Assembly: GCA_001816655.1 (NCBI GenBank)
Contig: MHCP01000025.1
Location: 14,428 to 78,427, forward strand
Origin: Candidatus Woykebacteria bacterium RBG_13_40_15
Lineage (GTDB): Bacteria > Patescibacteriota > Microgenomatia > Woykebacterales > RBG-16-39-9b
Direction of reading: 5' to 3'
DNA: 64,000 nucleotides
Position numbers and translations under genes: made by a program. Positions 1-8,396 of this stretch are shown here, in pieces. The notes under the pieces are model-generated. The model was not told where the DNA came from, ran no database searches, and saw only the letters and a list, made by a program, of their open reading frames with translations. Within the stretch, counting starts at the first letter, position 1. Each line of letters starts with the position of its first letter.

Positions 1-423
1 TAAATTTTCCCATCTACAACAAGTCCCATACCGATTCCAGTACTTACCGTTATATAAAGGACCGGGTTCTTGCCCGCCCCTGCTCCATAGAGACTTTCTC
101 CTAAAGCTGCTACTGATACATCGTGTTCGACGACTACTTGGGCGTTTAGTATTTTAGAAAAAGTATCTGCTACGTTTACTCTGTCCCAGCCGACTAGATT
201 TGGGGGTTCCAAAAGCTTTCCTGTTTTTGTCTCAATGGGCCCAGGTAAGCCAATTACTACTCTTTCAATTTTCTCACTAGAGACTTTTTGGACGGCTTCT
301 TTTATGTCTTGAATGCCTTGTTTAAATTCTTTTGTGGGAAAATCTAGCCTTTGTTGAATTTTTCCTTGGGCGCCGGAAGCAACTCTTGTGTGAGTGCCGC
401 CGATATCGATACCAATATACATA
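1..423 (-). CDS. ROK family sugar kinase/regulator (N-terminal 141 aa, gene continues beyond window start)
   Basis: Reverse-strand translation from ATG at 423 gives MYIGIDIGGTHTRVASG...GLPGPIETKTGKLLEPPNLVGW...VVVEHDVSVAALGE. The DIGGT ATP-binding motif and overall pattern are typical of ROK/glucokinase family. Runs off the 5' edge, so it is absent from the ORF track. Confidence 0.6.
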
Positions 424-460
424 AATTAAAATTCAAAAGTCAAAAATAGAATGTTTCGCA

Positions 461-505
461 TTCTGCCTGCCCGACAGCGCCTTTCCTTGGCAGGCGGGCG
501 ACCAC
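461..505. repeat. GC-rich palindromic intergenic element (REP-like), copy 1
   Basis: ctgcctgcc...ggcaggcgggcg inverted repeat in an otherwise AT-rich spacer. Related copies lie at 848-866 and 51351-51389. Confidence 0.5.
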
Positions 506-522
506 TTTAGTGGACTACAAAA

Positions 523-783
523 CTACCCGACTTTGAAAACTTCGTCTTTTTCTTCTACTTGTTGATCTGTCTTTAGACCCACTATTTCTTTTGCCTTTGC
601 CGAATCAATGTCTTTGTGCTCCGACTGCATGGAAGACACTTCCTGCGTGAAATCGGTTACCTTGCCTTTTAGGTGAATTTTGTCGCCTACTTTTACTGTT
701 TTTGAAACTTCCAATACGCCTACGCCAATATGGTCGTAGTAGTGTTTGATTGTGCCTACTTTTGTTTCTGCCAAACTTATCAC
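523..783 (-). CDS. hypothetical small protein (86 aa)
   Basis: ORF-track entry with native low-GC codon usage. It is flanked on both sides by REP-like palindromes. No recognisable family. Confidence 0.4.
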   Translation of the reverse strand: MISLAETKVGTIKHYYDHIGVGVLEVSKTVKVGDKIHLKGKVTDFTQEVSSMQSEHKDIDSAKAKEIVGLKTDQQVEEKDEVFKVG

Positions 784-847
784 CTCCTTACGAGATGATT
801 TTACTTTGCTTTTGGTAAATTTTGCAAGAATTAATTTTAGTCCACGA

Positions 848-866
848 TCTGCCTGCCGGCAGGCAG
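848..866. repeat. REP-like perfect palindrome, copy 2 (ctgcctgccggcaggcag)
   Basis: 18-nt perfect palindrome sharing its core with the 461-505 element. It lies inverted relative to copy 1 and just downstream of the LOG-family gene stop, so it may also act as a terminator hairpin. Confidence 0.5.
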
Positions 867-924
867 GAGTGGTCGCAGAGCGCGAGAGTACTGAGAAACT
901 GAAAGTTTCGAATTACGGAGCGAT

Positions 925-1512
925 CTATTCAGGATTTTCAACTGAAGCTGGGGAGAGTTTTTCCTCATCTGCTTTGTATTTTTCTTTCAGGTCGCTAATT
1001 AAGCCTTTTACAAGTTTTTTTGGATCTGGGTCGTAAAGGACCCGACACTCGTGTTTGTGGGCAATTCGAGTGATTTCTTCTATTTCATCTGCGATACCAC
1101 CGGAGTCTTCCAATATACCAATTGGTTTTCTGTCTTCGAAAGCTACCGTGAATTCGTTTAAAGTGCCAATACGGCCGCCGATAATTATTACAGCGTCGGC
1201 GCTTCGGGTTAAAATCAAGTTTCTACCCGCGTAACCAAAACCAGTGTAAACAATAAGATCCATGTAATTTACTGGTAGCTGGTAACGCTTCATATGGTCA
1301 AATCTGGTACTTGCCGGAGAAAAACCGATGGAAATACCGCCAGCTTTTTTTGCTCCTTTTGCAGCATGATGAGGTATGCCGGTGGTGGCTCCTGTTACAA
1401 GAACAGCGTCTTCCTTGGCAATTGCCTCGCCTACTGCTTCTGATTTTTTTAGTGTTTCGGGGTTTAAACTATCCCCTTCTGCCGCTCCGGAGACACAAAT
1501 TTTGAAGCTCAT
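925..1512 (-). CDS. LOG family / TIGR00725-type Rossmann-fold nucleotide-binding protein (cytokinin riboside 5'-monophosphate phosphoribohydrolase-like)
   Basis: MSFKICVSGAA...VTGATTGIPHHAAKGAKKAGG...IIGGRIGTLNEF matches the LOG/YgdH-like PGGxGTxxE pattern. The likely start is the internal Met MSFKICV at 1512; the upstream 23 codons in the track are a probable overextension. Confidence 0.7.
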   Translation of the reverse strand: MSFKICVSGAAEGDSLNPETLKKSEAVGEAIAKEDAVLVTGATTGIPHHAAKGAKKAGGISIGFSPASTRFDHMKRYQLPVNYMDLIVYTGFGYAGRNLILTRSADAVIIIGGRIGTLNEFTVAFEDRKPIGILEDSGGIADEIEEITRIAHKHECRVLYDPDPKKLVKGLISDLKEKYKADEEKLSPASVENPE

Positions 1513-1710
1513 ACAACTATAGTAACAAGTAACAAGTAAAAAGTAAAAAGTTAAAAATAGATCACTTAGCGCTCTGCACACACTTACGTGGGCTACAAAA
1601 GTAAAAAGGAAAAGATGAAAAATGAAAAAGTTGTGGTCGAAGGTCGGACCTTGGAAGCTGACTAATTGTGAGGATTAAAAATATTAGAACAAACGGGTTT
1701 TGGAGGAGTT

Positions 1711-1756
1711 GCCCCGCCGAAGCTTCCTCATGGAGTTGCTCCGGCGGGGTTTTTGG
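1711..1756 (+). terminator. rho-independent terminator-like hairpin (gccccgccg...cggcggggt + TTTTT)
   Basis: 9-bp GC stem followed by a T5 run on the + strand. It sits at the edge of a GC-rich islet, downstream of two overlapping + strand mini-ORFs (1615-1665 and 1622-1678). Confidence 0.45.
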
Positions 1757-1771
1757 CCTAGATTGCTGCGA

Positions 1772-2047
1772 TCAGTTCTCTGGTGTGTACACGGCGACGT
1801 GCATGTAGTTGACGAAGAAGACGTCGGGATGCCCCTTCTTGTGGTGCTTCGCTGCCGTTTCGTTGATCCTCGCTAGGCGCTCACCTTCCTCTCCCCTAAG
1901 AAGCGTGTCACGTCGAACGTAGTTTGTCCCGCCGACCTGAATTCGCTCTGGGAAGACGGTTTCATAGACGAAGCGGTTTCTCCTCCCTTGCTTTTTCGCT
2001 TCGACAGTGAAGGACACCTCGATGGTTCTTGGTTGCTTTCTCATCAC
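1772..2047 (-). CDS. hypothetical protein (91 aa) in a GC-rich islet
   Basis: ORF with markedly higher GC than its neighbours (region about 1680-2130). No family recognised. Confidence 0.4.
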   Translation of the reverse strand: MMRKQPRTIEVSFTVEAKKQGRRNRFVYETVFPERIQVGGTNYVRRDTLLRGEEGERLARINETAAKHHKKGHPDVFFVNYMHVAVYTPEN

Positions 2048-2134
2048 TCCCTCCCAAATTCTAGCTAACCAGATTTCGGTTTTGTCATTACGGTTTGGGG
2101 GCCACTATACAGTTTGAAACGACATTTGTCAATA

Positions 2135-3214
2135 CTATGGGGTCTTTGCGATTTGGTTGGAGGAATCGAGCATGCGATCTAGTATGTGTTGGCCGTCTTT
2201 TGAAGAGAGGAAGCGGGGTTTATATGAAACGTCGACAAGTGTTGGGTGGAATTTTACATTGACGAGTTTGTTTTCGTAGAAAGTATATTCTCCTACTACG
2301 CCTTCCTGCGTTTCCTGGCTCCAGGTTTGGTCAAAGATAAAATTGCCGTGGGCGTAGGTTATTAATTTATTTTTGTAAATTTCGACGCCCTGTACAGTAT
2401 GAGGGTGGTTTCCGATAATGAGATCGGCCCCAGAATCAATTATTAAATGAGCGATTTCTTTCGGATCATCAGGAGCGACATTCCCGCTAGATTTTGGCAC
2501 TAGCTCATATTCCATTCCCCAATGAGCGGAAACGACTAAAACGTCAACTTTTTTACGTGCCTCTTTTATTTCAGTTGTCATCTCATCCCTGGGAAATGAA
2601 GCTTCTACTCCGTTGTAGGCTAGAAATCCAAATTTTACTCCCTTCAAGGTTCTCTGCTCAAAATGTCCAAATCCAGTCCAGCCGATTTTGTTTTTTTCAA
2701 GCAGTTTTTCTGTTTCCTCTCTTCCTGTCTGGCCAAAGTTGTCGATATGGTTGTTTATTATCGAAGCTATATCAACACCAGCAAAAACTAATCCTTGAAT
2801 TTGCCTTGGGTCTCCGCAAAAAGTCATTCCGTGGGTCATAAGCTGGCATCCTTGTATGAGTGGTGATTCCAGGTTAATTAATGTTAAGTCAGCTTTTTTC
2901 AAAAAGTCGGAAGTTCCCTCCCAGTTGTAATTGAAATTGCCGCTTGTAACAGCAGGCCAGTTTGAGCCTCTGCCTATTATTACATCCCCGGTCGCATTTA
3001 AGGTTACCAGCTTTTTCTGGTCGAGTTTGGAGAGATCGTTTTGTTTGGTAAAAATCGAATCAAGGCTTACTTTTGGGATTACTGGTGGCTCTTTTGTTGC
3101 TGGATTTTTGCTGACGGTATAGCCTGTATTGAAGTTTTTGGCCAGGAGGAAAACAAAAACAACCAAGGCCAAAAATATTAAGATGCTGCCAAAGGCTCCT
3201 ACCTTCTTTCCCAT
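2135..3214 (-). CDS. CapA/PgsA family metallophosphoesterase (poly-gamma-glutamate capsule biosynthesis-like)
   Basis: N-terminal TM anchor, then GDVIIGRG...DFLKKADLTLINLESP...VVSAHWGMEY...LIIGNHPHTVQGVE, the conserved CapA calcineurin-like phosphoesterase motifs. Confidence 0.8.
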   Translation of the reverse strand: MGKKVGAFGSILIFLALVVFVFLLAKNFNTGYTVSKNPATKEPPVIPKVSLDSIFTKQNDLSKLDQKKLVTLNATGDVIIGRGSNWPAVTSGNFNYNWEGTSDFLKKADLTLINLESPLIQGCQLMTHGMTFCGDPRQIQGLVFAGVDIASIINNHIDNFGQTGREETEKLLEKNKIGWTGFGHFEQRTLKGVKFGFLAYNGVEASFPRDEMTTEIKEARKKVDVLVVSAHWGMEYELVPKSSGNVAPDDPKEIAHLIIDSGADLIIGNHPHTVQGVEIYKNKLITYAHGNFIFDQTWSQETQEGVVGEYTFYENKLVNVKFHPTLVDVSYKPRFLSSKDGQHILDRMLDSSNQIAKTP

Positions 3215-3750
3215 AGCTTCTCCTGACCATTATTTAAGTAACGAGCTAGGACAAAAAGAAGATCAGATGATCGGTTAAAATATGACAATATGTCCTGGTT
3301 TACTTTTCGCTTCTTGCTTAATGAAACCAGATCTCGCTCAGCTCTTCGGCAAACAGTTCTAGATAAATTAAGCAATGCGAATTCTCTTTTGCCTGAAGGG
3401 ATGATAAATGTTTGAAGGTTAGGGAGTTTTTTGTCATATAGGTCAATATAATGCTCCAATTTAACTATTTTGTCTTTATCTATGGGGTAAAGCTTACTTG
3501 TATTTTTTATTGATTGGCCATCGTTTCCGATTTCCGCGCCAATATTTAAAAGGTCATTTTGGATGTCTTGTAATAATTGTACAATATGTTTTTCTTTGAT
3601 GAAAGACGCTGCAACTCCAATGGAGGCATTGAGTTCGTCAATAGCTCCTAAGGTTTGAATTTCCAGAGAATCTTTTGAAACTTTTTTGCCGTTTGCAAGA
3701 AAAGTTTTCCCTTTGTCCCCCACCCTTGTATAGATTTTTCTTTTCGCCAT
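3199..3750 (-). CDS. ATP:cob(I)alamin adenosyltransferase, PduO-type (MMAB family)
   Basis: MAKRKIYTRVGDKGKTFL...GAIDELNASIG is the signature N-terminus of PduO-type corrinoid adenosyltransferases. It overlaps the capA-like gene by 16 nt. Confidence 0.8.
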   Translation of the reverse strand: MAKRKIYTRVGDKGKTFLANGKKVSKDSLEIQTLGAIDELNASIGVAASFIKEKHIVQLLQDIQNDLLNIGAEIGNDGQSIKNTSKLYPIDKDKIVKLEHYIDLYDKKLPNLQTFIIPSGKREFALLNLSRTVCRRAERDLVSLSKKRKVNQDILSYFNRSSDLLFVLARYLNNGQEKLWERR

Positions 3751-3774
3751 AGCCCACCTAGTTTAGCAAATTTT

Positions 3775-3820
3775 TGGAAAAATGAAAGCTGGCCCGCGTC
3801 TCTCCTCTTCGCGAGCCAGC
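3775..3820 (-). terminator. rho-independent terminator for the 3843-4664 gene
   Basis: 11-bp stem gctggcccgcg/cgcgagccagc with one mismatch, followed on the minus strand by tttcatttttcc. Confidence 0.55.
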
Positions 3821-3842
3821 CCAGAGTAATCTCGATCTTCCG

Positions 3843-4664
3843 CTAGTCCCTGCGTTGCCCCCAAGGTACGATGATCTCACGACGGAATCGCTGATCATCG
3901 ATTACCGTGTCGATAAGAACCTGGTAACTCCCTGCTGGAAGATTCATAGGATTCCATCCCAGGAGAGGCCTGCTTCGATGCATCACCCGCACAGCTACCT
4001 CGTCAAGTTTCAGCCACGCGTCCACAAACTCATCATGCCTGAAGAGTCTGCAAATAAGATCATGGAGACAAGTGTCCCCTGTTCCTCTCCCAAGGTGTAT
4101 GAACTGTTCCAGCTTGAACTGGAAGATTCGCTCTCTTAGGAACTGTTCCCAGCAGCCAACCCCCCTTAGATATCGGCAAAAGCCGCTTTTGGGGTCGACT
4201 ACTAGCTCCAGCATATTCGGTCTCTCTGCCAATTCTGCCGGCTGCAAATGGAAGAAGTCTCTAGCTGGTTTGTTGGCGTCGAGAATGTTCCAGACGAAGT
4301 CGGTGATCAGAGCTGGTACCTCAATCTGGATGTGTTCACTCAAAGCCTGCGTCCAGCGTGTGATCTCTTCCTCAGTTGGCATCTCTCCGCAGATTAGATG
4401 GGCCCATCCCTGTTCCTCTCGGGTAAAGCCCAATCGCTTCATGACTTTCATGCGGAGGGGTCCTTCTGGTAGCCTTTCATCTCTTTCGATATCACTTAGG
4501 CTGTTGATATCAGACAGCTCGAGGAGTAGGCAGCATTCTCCCTGCGTCCAGCCTGCTCTTTTCCGTACGTTACGAACTAGGGTGCCAAACGATGGTCCCA
4601 TGATCGACCTCATGATTGCCTCTCCTTTACTGGTTAGTCTCTCTGGAAGCGAACTACTGGGCAA
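3843..4664 (-). CDS. helix-turn-helix (XRE-like) domain protein, hypothetical; GC-rich islet
   Basis: The N-terminus FGTLVRNVRKRAGWTQGECCLLLELS looks like an HTH_XRE motif; the remainder is uncharacterised. GC is about 52% against about 37% in the flanks. The true start may be an internal Met (MRSIMG or MGPSF). Confidence 0.5.
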   Translation of the reverse strand: MPSSSLPERLTSKGEAIMRSIMGPSFGTLVRNVRKRAGWTQGECCLLLELSDINSLSDIERDERLPEGPLRMKVMKRLGFTREEQGWAHLICGEMPTEEEITRWTQALSEHIQIEVPALITDFVWNILDANKPARDFFHLQPAELAERPNMLELVVDPKSGFCRYLRGVGCWEQFLRERIFQFKLEQFIHLGRGTGDTCLHDLICRLFRHDEFVDAWLKLDEVAVRVMHRSRPLLGWNPMNLPAGSYQVLIDTVIDDQRFRREIIVPWGQRRD

Positions 4665-4699
4665 AGTATATTAAAATGGGATAATAATGTCTATAGGAT

Positions 4700-5311
4700 T
4701 TAGAGAAGGGGTTTTATTGCTTTGGCGACCCTTTCGGCCAGGATTTTGTAGCCCACAGCATTTGGATGGATGTCATCTGCCATAAGTTGAGGGTTACCTT
4801 CGATTCCATCTAGTGCATTCCATAAAACAGCTGCCTTGTATTTTTTCGCAATTTGTTTGAACCCAGTTTGATATTCAGAATCTTTCAGGGGGAATTTGAT
4901 GTGGATTAACAGGACTGCCGCGCCGCTTTCATGGGTTTGACTGACAATTGAATCTAGATTTTTAATCGTTTCGCTAGCCGGTACTTGTCTTAAAAAATCA
5001 TTACCAGAAAGCTCGATTACGACTAGTGATGGGCTTTTATCTAAAACATCGGTTTTTAATCTGGCTAGACCAGTAGTAGTTGTGTCGCCTGAAACCCCAG
5101 CGTTGATGACATTAGTTAAATTTAGTTCTTTGGCAACGAGAGTTGGAAAATCTTCGCCCTGCTCTGCTCCAACACCGGCAGTTAGACTATTTCCAAAAAA
5201 TATAACAGGGCCCGCCTTTTGTACTTTTTGGACGCTGCTTCGTAAAAAGAAAAACCAGACTAGGAAACCAAAAACTAAAACTAGAAAAGAAGCTAGCAAG
5301 ACTTTCTTCAT
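4700..5311 (-). CDS. SGNH/GDSL hydrolase family lipase/acylhydrolase (TesA-like), membrane-anchored
   Basis: FFGNSLTAG (block I Ser), GVSGDTTT, and a C-terminal DDIHPN (Asp-x-x-His catalytic dyad). The probable start is MKKVLLASF at 5311 with a signal/TM segment. Confidence 0.75.
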   Translation of the reverse strand: MKKVLLASFLVLVFGFLVWFFFLRSSVQKVQKAGPVIFFGNSLTAGVGAEQGEDFPTLVAKELNLTNVINAGVSGDTTTTGLARLKTDVLDKSPSLVVIELSGNDFLRQVPASETIKNLDSIVSQTHESGAAVLLIHIKFPLKDSEYQTGFKQIAKKYKAAVLWNALDGIEGNPQLMADDIHPNAVGYKILAERVAKAIKPLL

Positions 5312-5377
5312 GTTAATTGGCTTGTTAATTCTAATAGGGGTCGAGAGAAGCCAGTGCCCCTCCAATCACTGGCTTCT

Positions 5378-5578
5378 CTATCTCGTGCCAAGTCTCTCCG
5401 TTGCTCTGATTCTACCGTCCAACGCCCACAAGGTTGGTCTTTGAGCCGAGACTCCGCTCCACCCTCCTTCTATCCTAGTTGCGTCTACAGTCTCTTGCCA
5501 GTCGGTAGGTTCCTTTATGGATAGAGTACTCATACCAGCGCTTTCGTTTTGTTTTTTCGCTGATCCCCCTTGATCCAT
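5378..5578 (-). CDS. hypothetical protein (66 aa), GC-rich islet
   Basis: ORF-track entry in a short GC-rich patch, with a 12-bp stem hairpin (gagaagccagtg/cactggcttctc) at its 3' end. No homology recognised. Confidence 0.25.
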   Translation of the reverse strand: MDQGGSAKKQNESAGMSTLSIKEPTDWQETVDATRIEGGWSGVSAQRPTLWALDGRIRATERLGTR

Positions 5579-5694
5579 AGATCACCCCTTTCTGTCAGCA
5601 GTATTATACAAGTAAAATAGAGTCCAACTCAAACAGATGAGAACCAGCCTGTTTATTGACCAGTATATAAAAACTATTTGGTATGAGAAACTAA

Positions 5695-5874
5695 CTAGGC
5701 AGACTTGGCATAGACTGCGTATACAGCTACTACAATTGAAACAAGCAACCAAGAATCAGCTCCCAAATTCAATACAGGGACGTTGCCTATGTAATCTAAG
5801 GCAGCTAGTAAAATTCCAACCAAAGATAATACCAGCAGTGCAAGACTAGTTGTTTTTTTATCCACTTTTTTCAC
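5695..5874 (-). CDS. candidate small membrane protein (59 aa, GTG start, contains no Met)
   Basis: Minus-strand ORF VKKVDKKTTSLALLVLSLVGILLAALDYIGNVPVLNLGADSWLLVSIVVAVYAVYAKSA preceded by GAGGGGG 4 nt upstream. It has two predicted TM helices. It is invisible to an ATG-only ORF track, and the overlapping + strand ORF 5637-5849 is probably its shadow. Confidence 0.3.
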   Translation of the reverse strand: MKKVDKKTTSLALLVLSLVGILLAALDYIGNVPVLNLGADSWLLVSIVVAVYAVYAKSA

Positions 5875-5888
5875 CCCCTCTCAGGTTT

Positions 5889-6737
5889 TTAAATTTCAGT
5901 AAAGTATTCTAAAACTACGATTGCTATCTCTTTCATTTGAGTAGGGCTTACGGTGCCACTTCTACTAGTTGTAAAAACAGCTAAAATAAATGGATTTTTC
6001 GCGTCTGTTACATAAGCAACGTCGTGAGATTCCCCTTCCCAACTACCTGCTTTGTGGTAGTACGTTAAGTTTGCTTGATTCAAAATCGGCGAGAAAAACC
6101 TTTCAATACTCGTCTTTTGCATATAAGAATAGAGTTTGGTTTTTGAACTTTCAGTCAAGAGATTTTCCTTTTCGATTTTTTTCATTAGCGTAACAGCATC
6201 CTTTGCGCTCATTAAATTTTTCCCGAGTGAGAGATCTGTAGCAGTCATACCAATTTTTTTAGCAAAGGTATTTTGATCGGTTGCGCTGAAGCGTTCAAAC
6301 AAATAATCAAGACTATCAGTACTAGATTGATTAACTAGGAACTGCAGCTGTGTTTCAATGTCGTAGGCACCCATTTTGTCCTTCAATCCAATCGTCCCTT
6401 TGTCCGCTAGGTTAAACACGTACGTAGCAGTCAAAAGTTGCGAAACGCCAGCAGCGTGTTGTGCAACTTGGTCGTTATAACCGAAGTACTCATCGTTATT
6501 GAAATCATATATTCCAACAGAGAGTGTTGTAGCTGGCGTGTCTTTTTTGACAATTTCTCGAATAATTTCGATTAAATTTTCTTTTCTTACTTTTCTTTTT
6601 TCCGCTTCTTGTTGCTCCTCTGTTAGTTTAGGAGGTTCGTGACTTCTACTCCAAAAAAATTTAAAAAGGGTGAAGGAGATACCGCAGACAATGATTACTG
6701 CTACGATTATAACTGCGACAGCTAGGACCTTCTTCAT
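5889..6737 (-). CDS. membrane-anchored serine hydrolase, class A beta-lactamase-like fold
   Basis: N-terminal TM helix. YHKAGSWEG resembles the KTG/KSG box and GVSQLLTATY resembles the SxxK region of class A beta-lactamase/PBP-like proteins. Confidence 0.5.
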   Translation of the reverse strand: MKKVLAVAVIIVAVIIVCGISFTLFKFFWSRSHEPPKLTEEQQEAEKRKVRKENLIEIIREIVKKDTPATTLSVGIYDFNNDEYFGYNDQVAQHAAGVSQLLTATYVFNLADKGTIGLKDKMGAYDIETQLQFLVNQSSTDSLDYLFERFSATDQNTFAKKIGMTATDLSLGKNLMSAKDAVTLMKKIEKENLLTESSKTKLYSYMQKTSIERFFSPILNQANLTYYHKAGSWEGESHDVAYVTDAKNPFILAVFTTSRSGTVSPTQMKEIAIVVLEYFTEI

Positions 6738-6808
6738 TTCGCCTCTAGTTTAGCAGGTGCAAGACTCTTTTAGTAGTAGGTCCGTTACAGATAACTTTTA
6801 TCCAACAA

Positions 6809-7222
6809 TTACTTTACTATTTTGACTGCTACTTGCCGATTGTTCCTTGGACCATCGAGTTCGACAAATAATATATTCTGCCAAGTTCCCAAATTTAATT
6901 TACCTTCTTTAATCCCTACAGCTTGAAAACTTCCGATTAAAACAGCAGCTAAATGGGAAGTGGCATTTCTACGTTCACACATATCCGAAGTATCGGGGTG
7001 TTCCCAACCATCTTTTGCTATTATCTGTTCGAATAATTTCAGTATATCTTTTTTGAAACCCTCTTCATCTTCATTTATTATCAAAGCTGCCGTTGTGTGA
7101 AGGATGTTTATAAGGCAAATTCCGTCTTTTACCTTAGATTCTTTAACTATTTCGTTAACTTTATCAGTAAGATTTATCACTTCGCGTTTAGTTTTTGTAT
7201 TTAGGCTGATTATTTTATTCAT
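6809..7222 (-). CDS. YjbQ/UPF0047 family protein (secondary thiamine-phosphate synthase-like)
   Basis: ICLINILHTTAALIINE...LAAVLIGSF matches the YjbQ family signature. Confidence 0.8.
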   Translation of the reverse strand: MNKIISLNTKTKREVINLTDKVNEIVKESKVKDGICLINILHTTAALIINEDEEGFKKDILKLFEQIIAKDGWEHPDTSDMCERRNATSHLAAVLIGSFQAVGIKEGKLNLGTWQNILFVELDGPRNNRQVAVKIVK

Positions 7223-7788
7223 TTGCTTTTGTAAGAAGTAACGATACTAGTAACTAGATTCTTGGTTTCTTTATTAGAACCAGACAACCAAAATGTAACA
7301 TTTTTAATCGAAGAGGCAGCAGGAACTTTTATTACCAAGAAGAAACTACCATCTTTAAAATTGAATTCTGTGGCGGTGGCCTCCCTTTTATCTACAGAAA
7401 TTTCTATCGGTTTCTCACTTAAAATAGATTTTTGTTGTTCTTTGGAAAATCTAGGTTCGCGCAAGTCGTCCAACCAAAAATTTACTTCTCCCGCACTACT
7501 AAATAATCTTGCCCCGACGGCTTCTTTGCTTTGATGAGTTTCAGCTTTCCAGTCTTCTGGGTACTCAATAGAATAGGAATCTGTCGAAAGAATAAACCAG
7601 CCAGGACGGGAAGACGCGGTTTGAGACGGCTTTTCACCAAAGACTTTATTTTGCACGGCTATCCTCGTCGCAAAAAAACTAGCAAAAAAAACTACCGAAG
7701 CTAAAACTACAAGAAACAGTAAAAAAACTAAATAAAAGCCAAATTTGTTCTCCTTTGGTTTTATATCAATTATTACTTCTTGTGGCAT
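7219..7788 (-). CDS. hypothetical membrane-anchored protein
   Basis: Single N-terminal TM segment (FGFYLVFLLFLVVLASVVFFASFF) followed by a soluble domain of unknown function. Overlaps the upstream gene by 4 nt. Confidence 0.4.
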   Translation of the reverse strand: MPQEVIIDIKPKENKFGFYLVFLLFLVVLASVVFFASFFATRIAVQNKVFGEKPSQTASSRPGWFILSTDSYSIEYPEDWKAETHQSKEAVGARLFSSAGEVNFWLDDLREPRFSKEQQKSILSEKPIEISVDKREATATEFNFKDGSFFLVIKVPAASSIKNVTFWLSGSNKETKNLVTSIVTSYKSK

Positions 7789-7855
7789 TAGTAACTAGAA
7801 TAACAGCATATGACAAAACTTTCAATTTAGCGATTTTTAGTGTTATGATAAAATC

Positions 7856-8353
7856 ATGGTAGGGCTTACCCCTCATGTCTCACGTATCATAGCAATTTTT
7901 CTAGCTGCTCTTGTAATTTTGGTCGTTATGACCCTTCTAACTCGCGATTTTGCATCAACTATTTCCATGGGGGCACTAAGAGCTAAAAAGCTGCGGACTA
8001 TAACTGGTATATTACGAGCAACCGCTTCTACCGTAATTATCTTGGTTGCTTTTATAATGATACTTAGGGAGATTGGTTTTGATATTACTCCCCTACTTGC
8101 TAGTGCTGGGATAGTAGGTCTTGCGCTTGGTTTTGGAGCACAAAGTTTAGTTAAGGATATAATCGCCGGTTTCTTCCTGCTTATCGAAAATCAATTTGAT
8201 GAGGGCGATGAAATAGAGGTTTCTGGAGAAAAGGGAGTAGTCCAAAAGATTACCTTGCGGACCATTTGGCTTAAAGACAACGATGGGGTTTTGCACATAA
8301 TTCCAAATGGGTCTATAGTTGTTGTAAAGAATTTTTCAAAAACTAAGGGCTAG
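7856..8353 (+). CDS. small-conductance mechanosensitive channel, MscS family (minimal form)
   Basis: GAQSLVKDIIAGFFLLIENQFDEGDEIEV is the MscS TM3/beta-domain signature. Three TM helices. Confidence 0.8.
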   Translation: MVGLTPHVSRIIAIFLAALVILVVMTLLTRDFASTISMGALRAKKLRTITGILRATASTVIILVAFIMILREIGFDITPLLASAGIVGLALGFGAQSLVKDIIAGFFLLIENQFDEGDEIEVSGEKGVVQKITLRTIWLKDNDGVLHIIPNGSIVVVKNFSKTKG

Positions 8354-8396
8354 ACGGGGCTATTATTTGCTGGTTTAATATCTTAAGGAGGAAGTT

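Noticed and set aside
4072-4674. 200-aa + strand ORF antisense to the HTH-protein gene, and other antisense ORFs in GC-rich islets (11149-11466, 11155-11454, 11947-12225, 12064-12369)
   Set aside because: These are stop-poor antisense frames in GC-rich DNA, with no RBS and no recognisable domains. The sense genes have identifiable HTH or methyltransferase motifs.
5637-5849. 70-aa + strand ORF MRTSLFIDQYIK...
   Set aside because: No RBS, and low-complexity Gln/Leu-rich translation. The opposite strand carries a better-supported SD plus a two-TM micro-protein.
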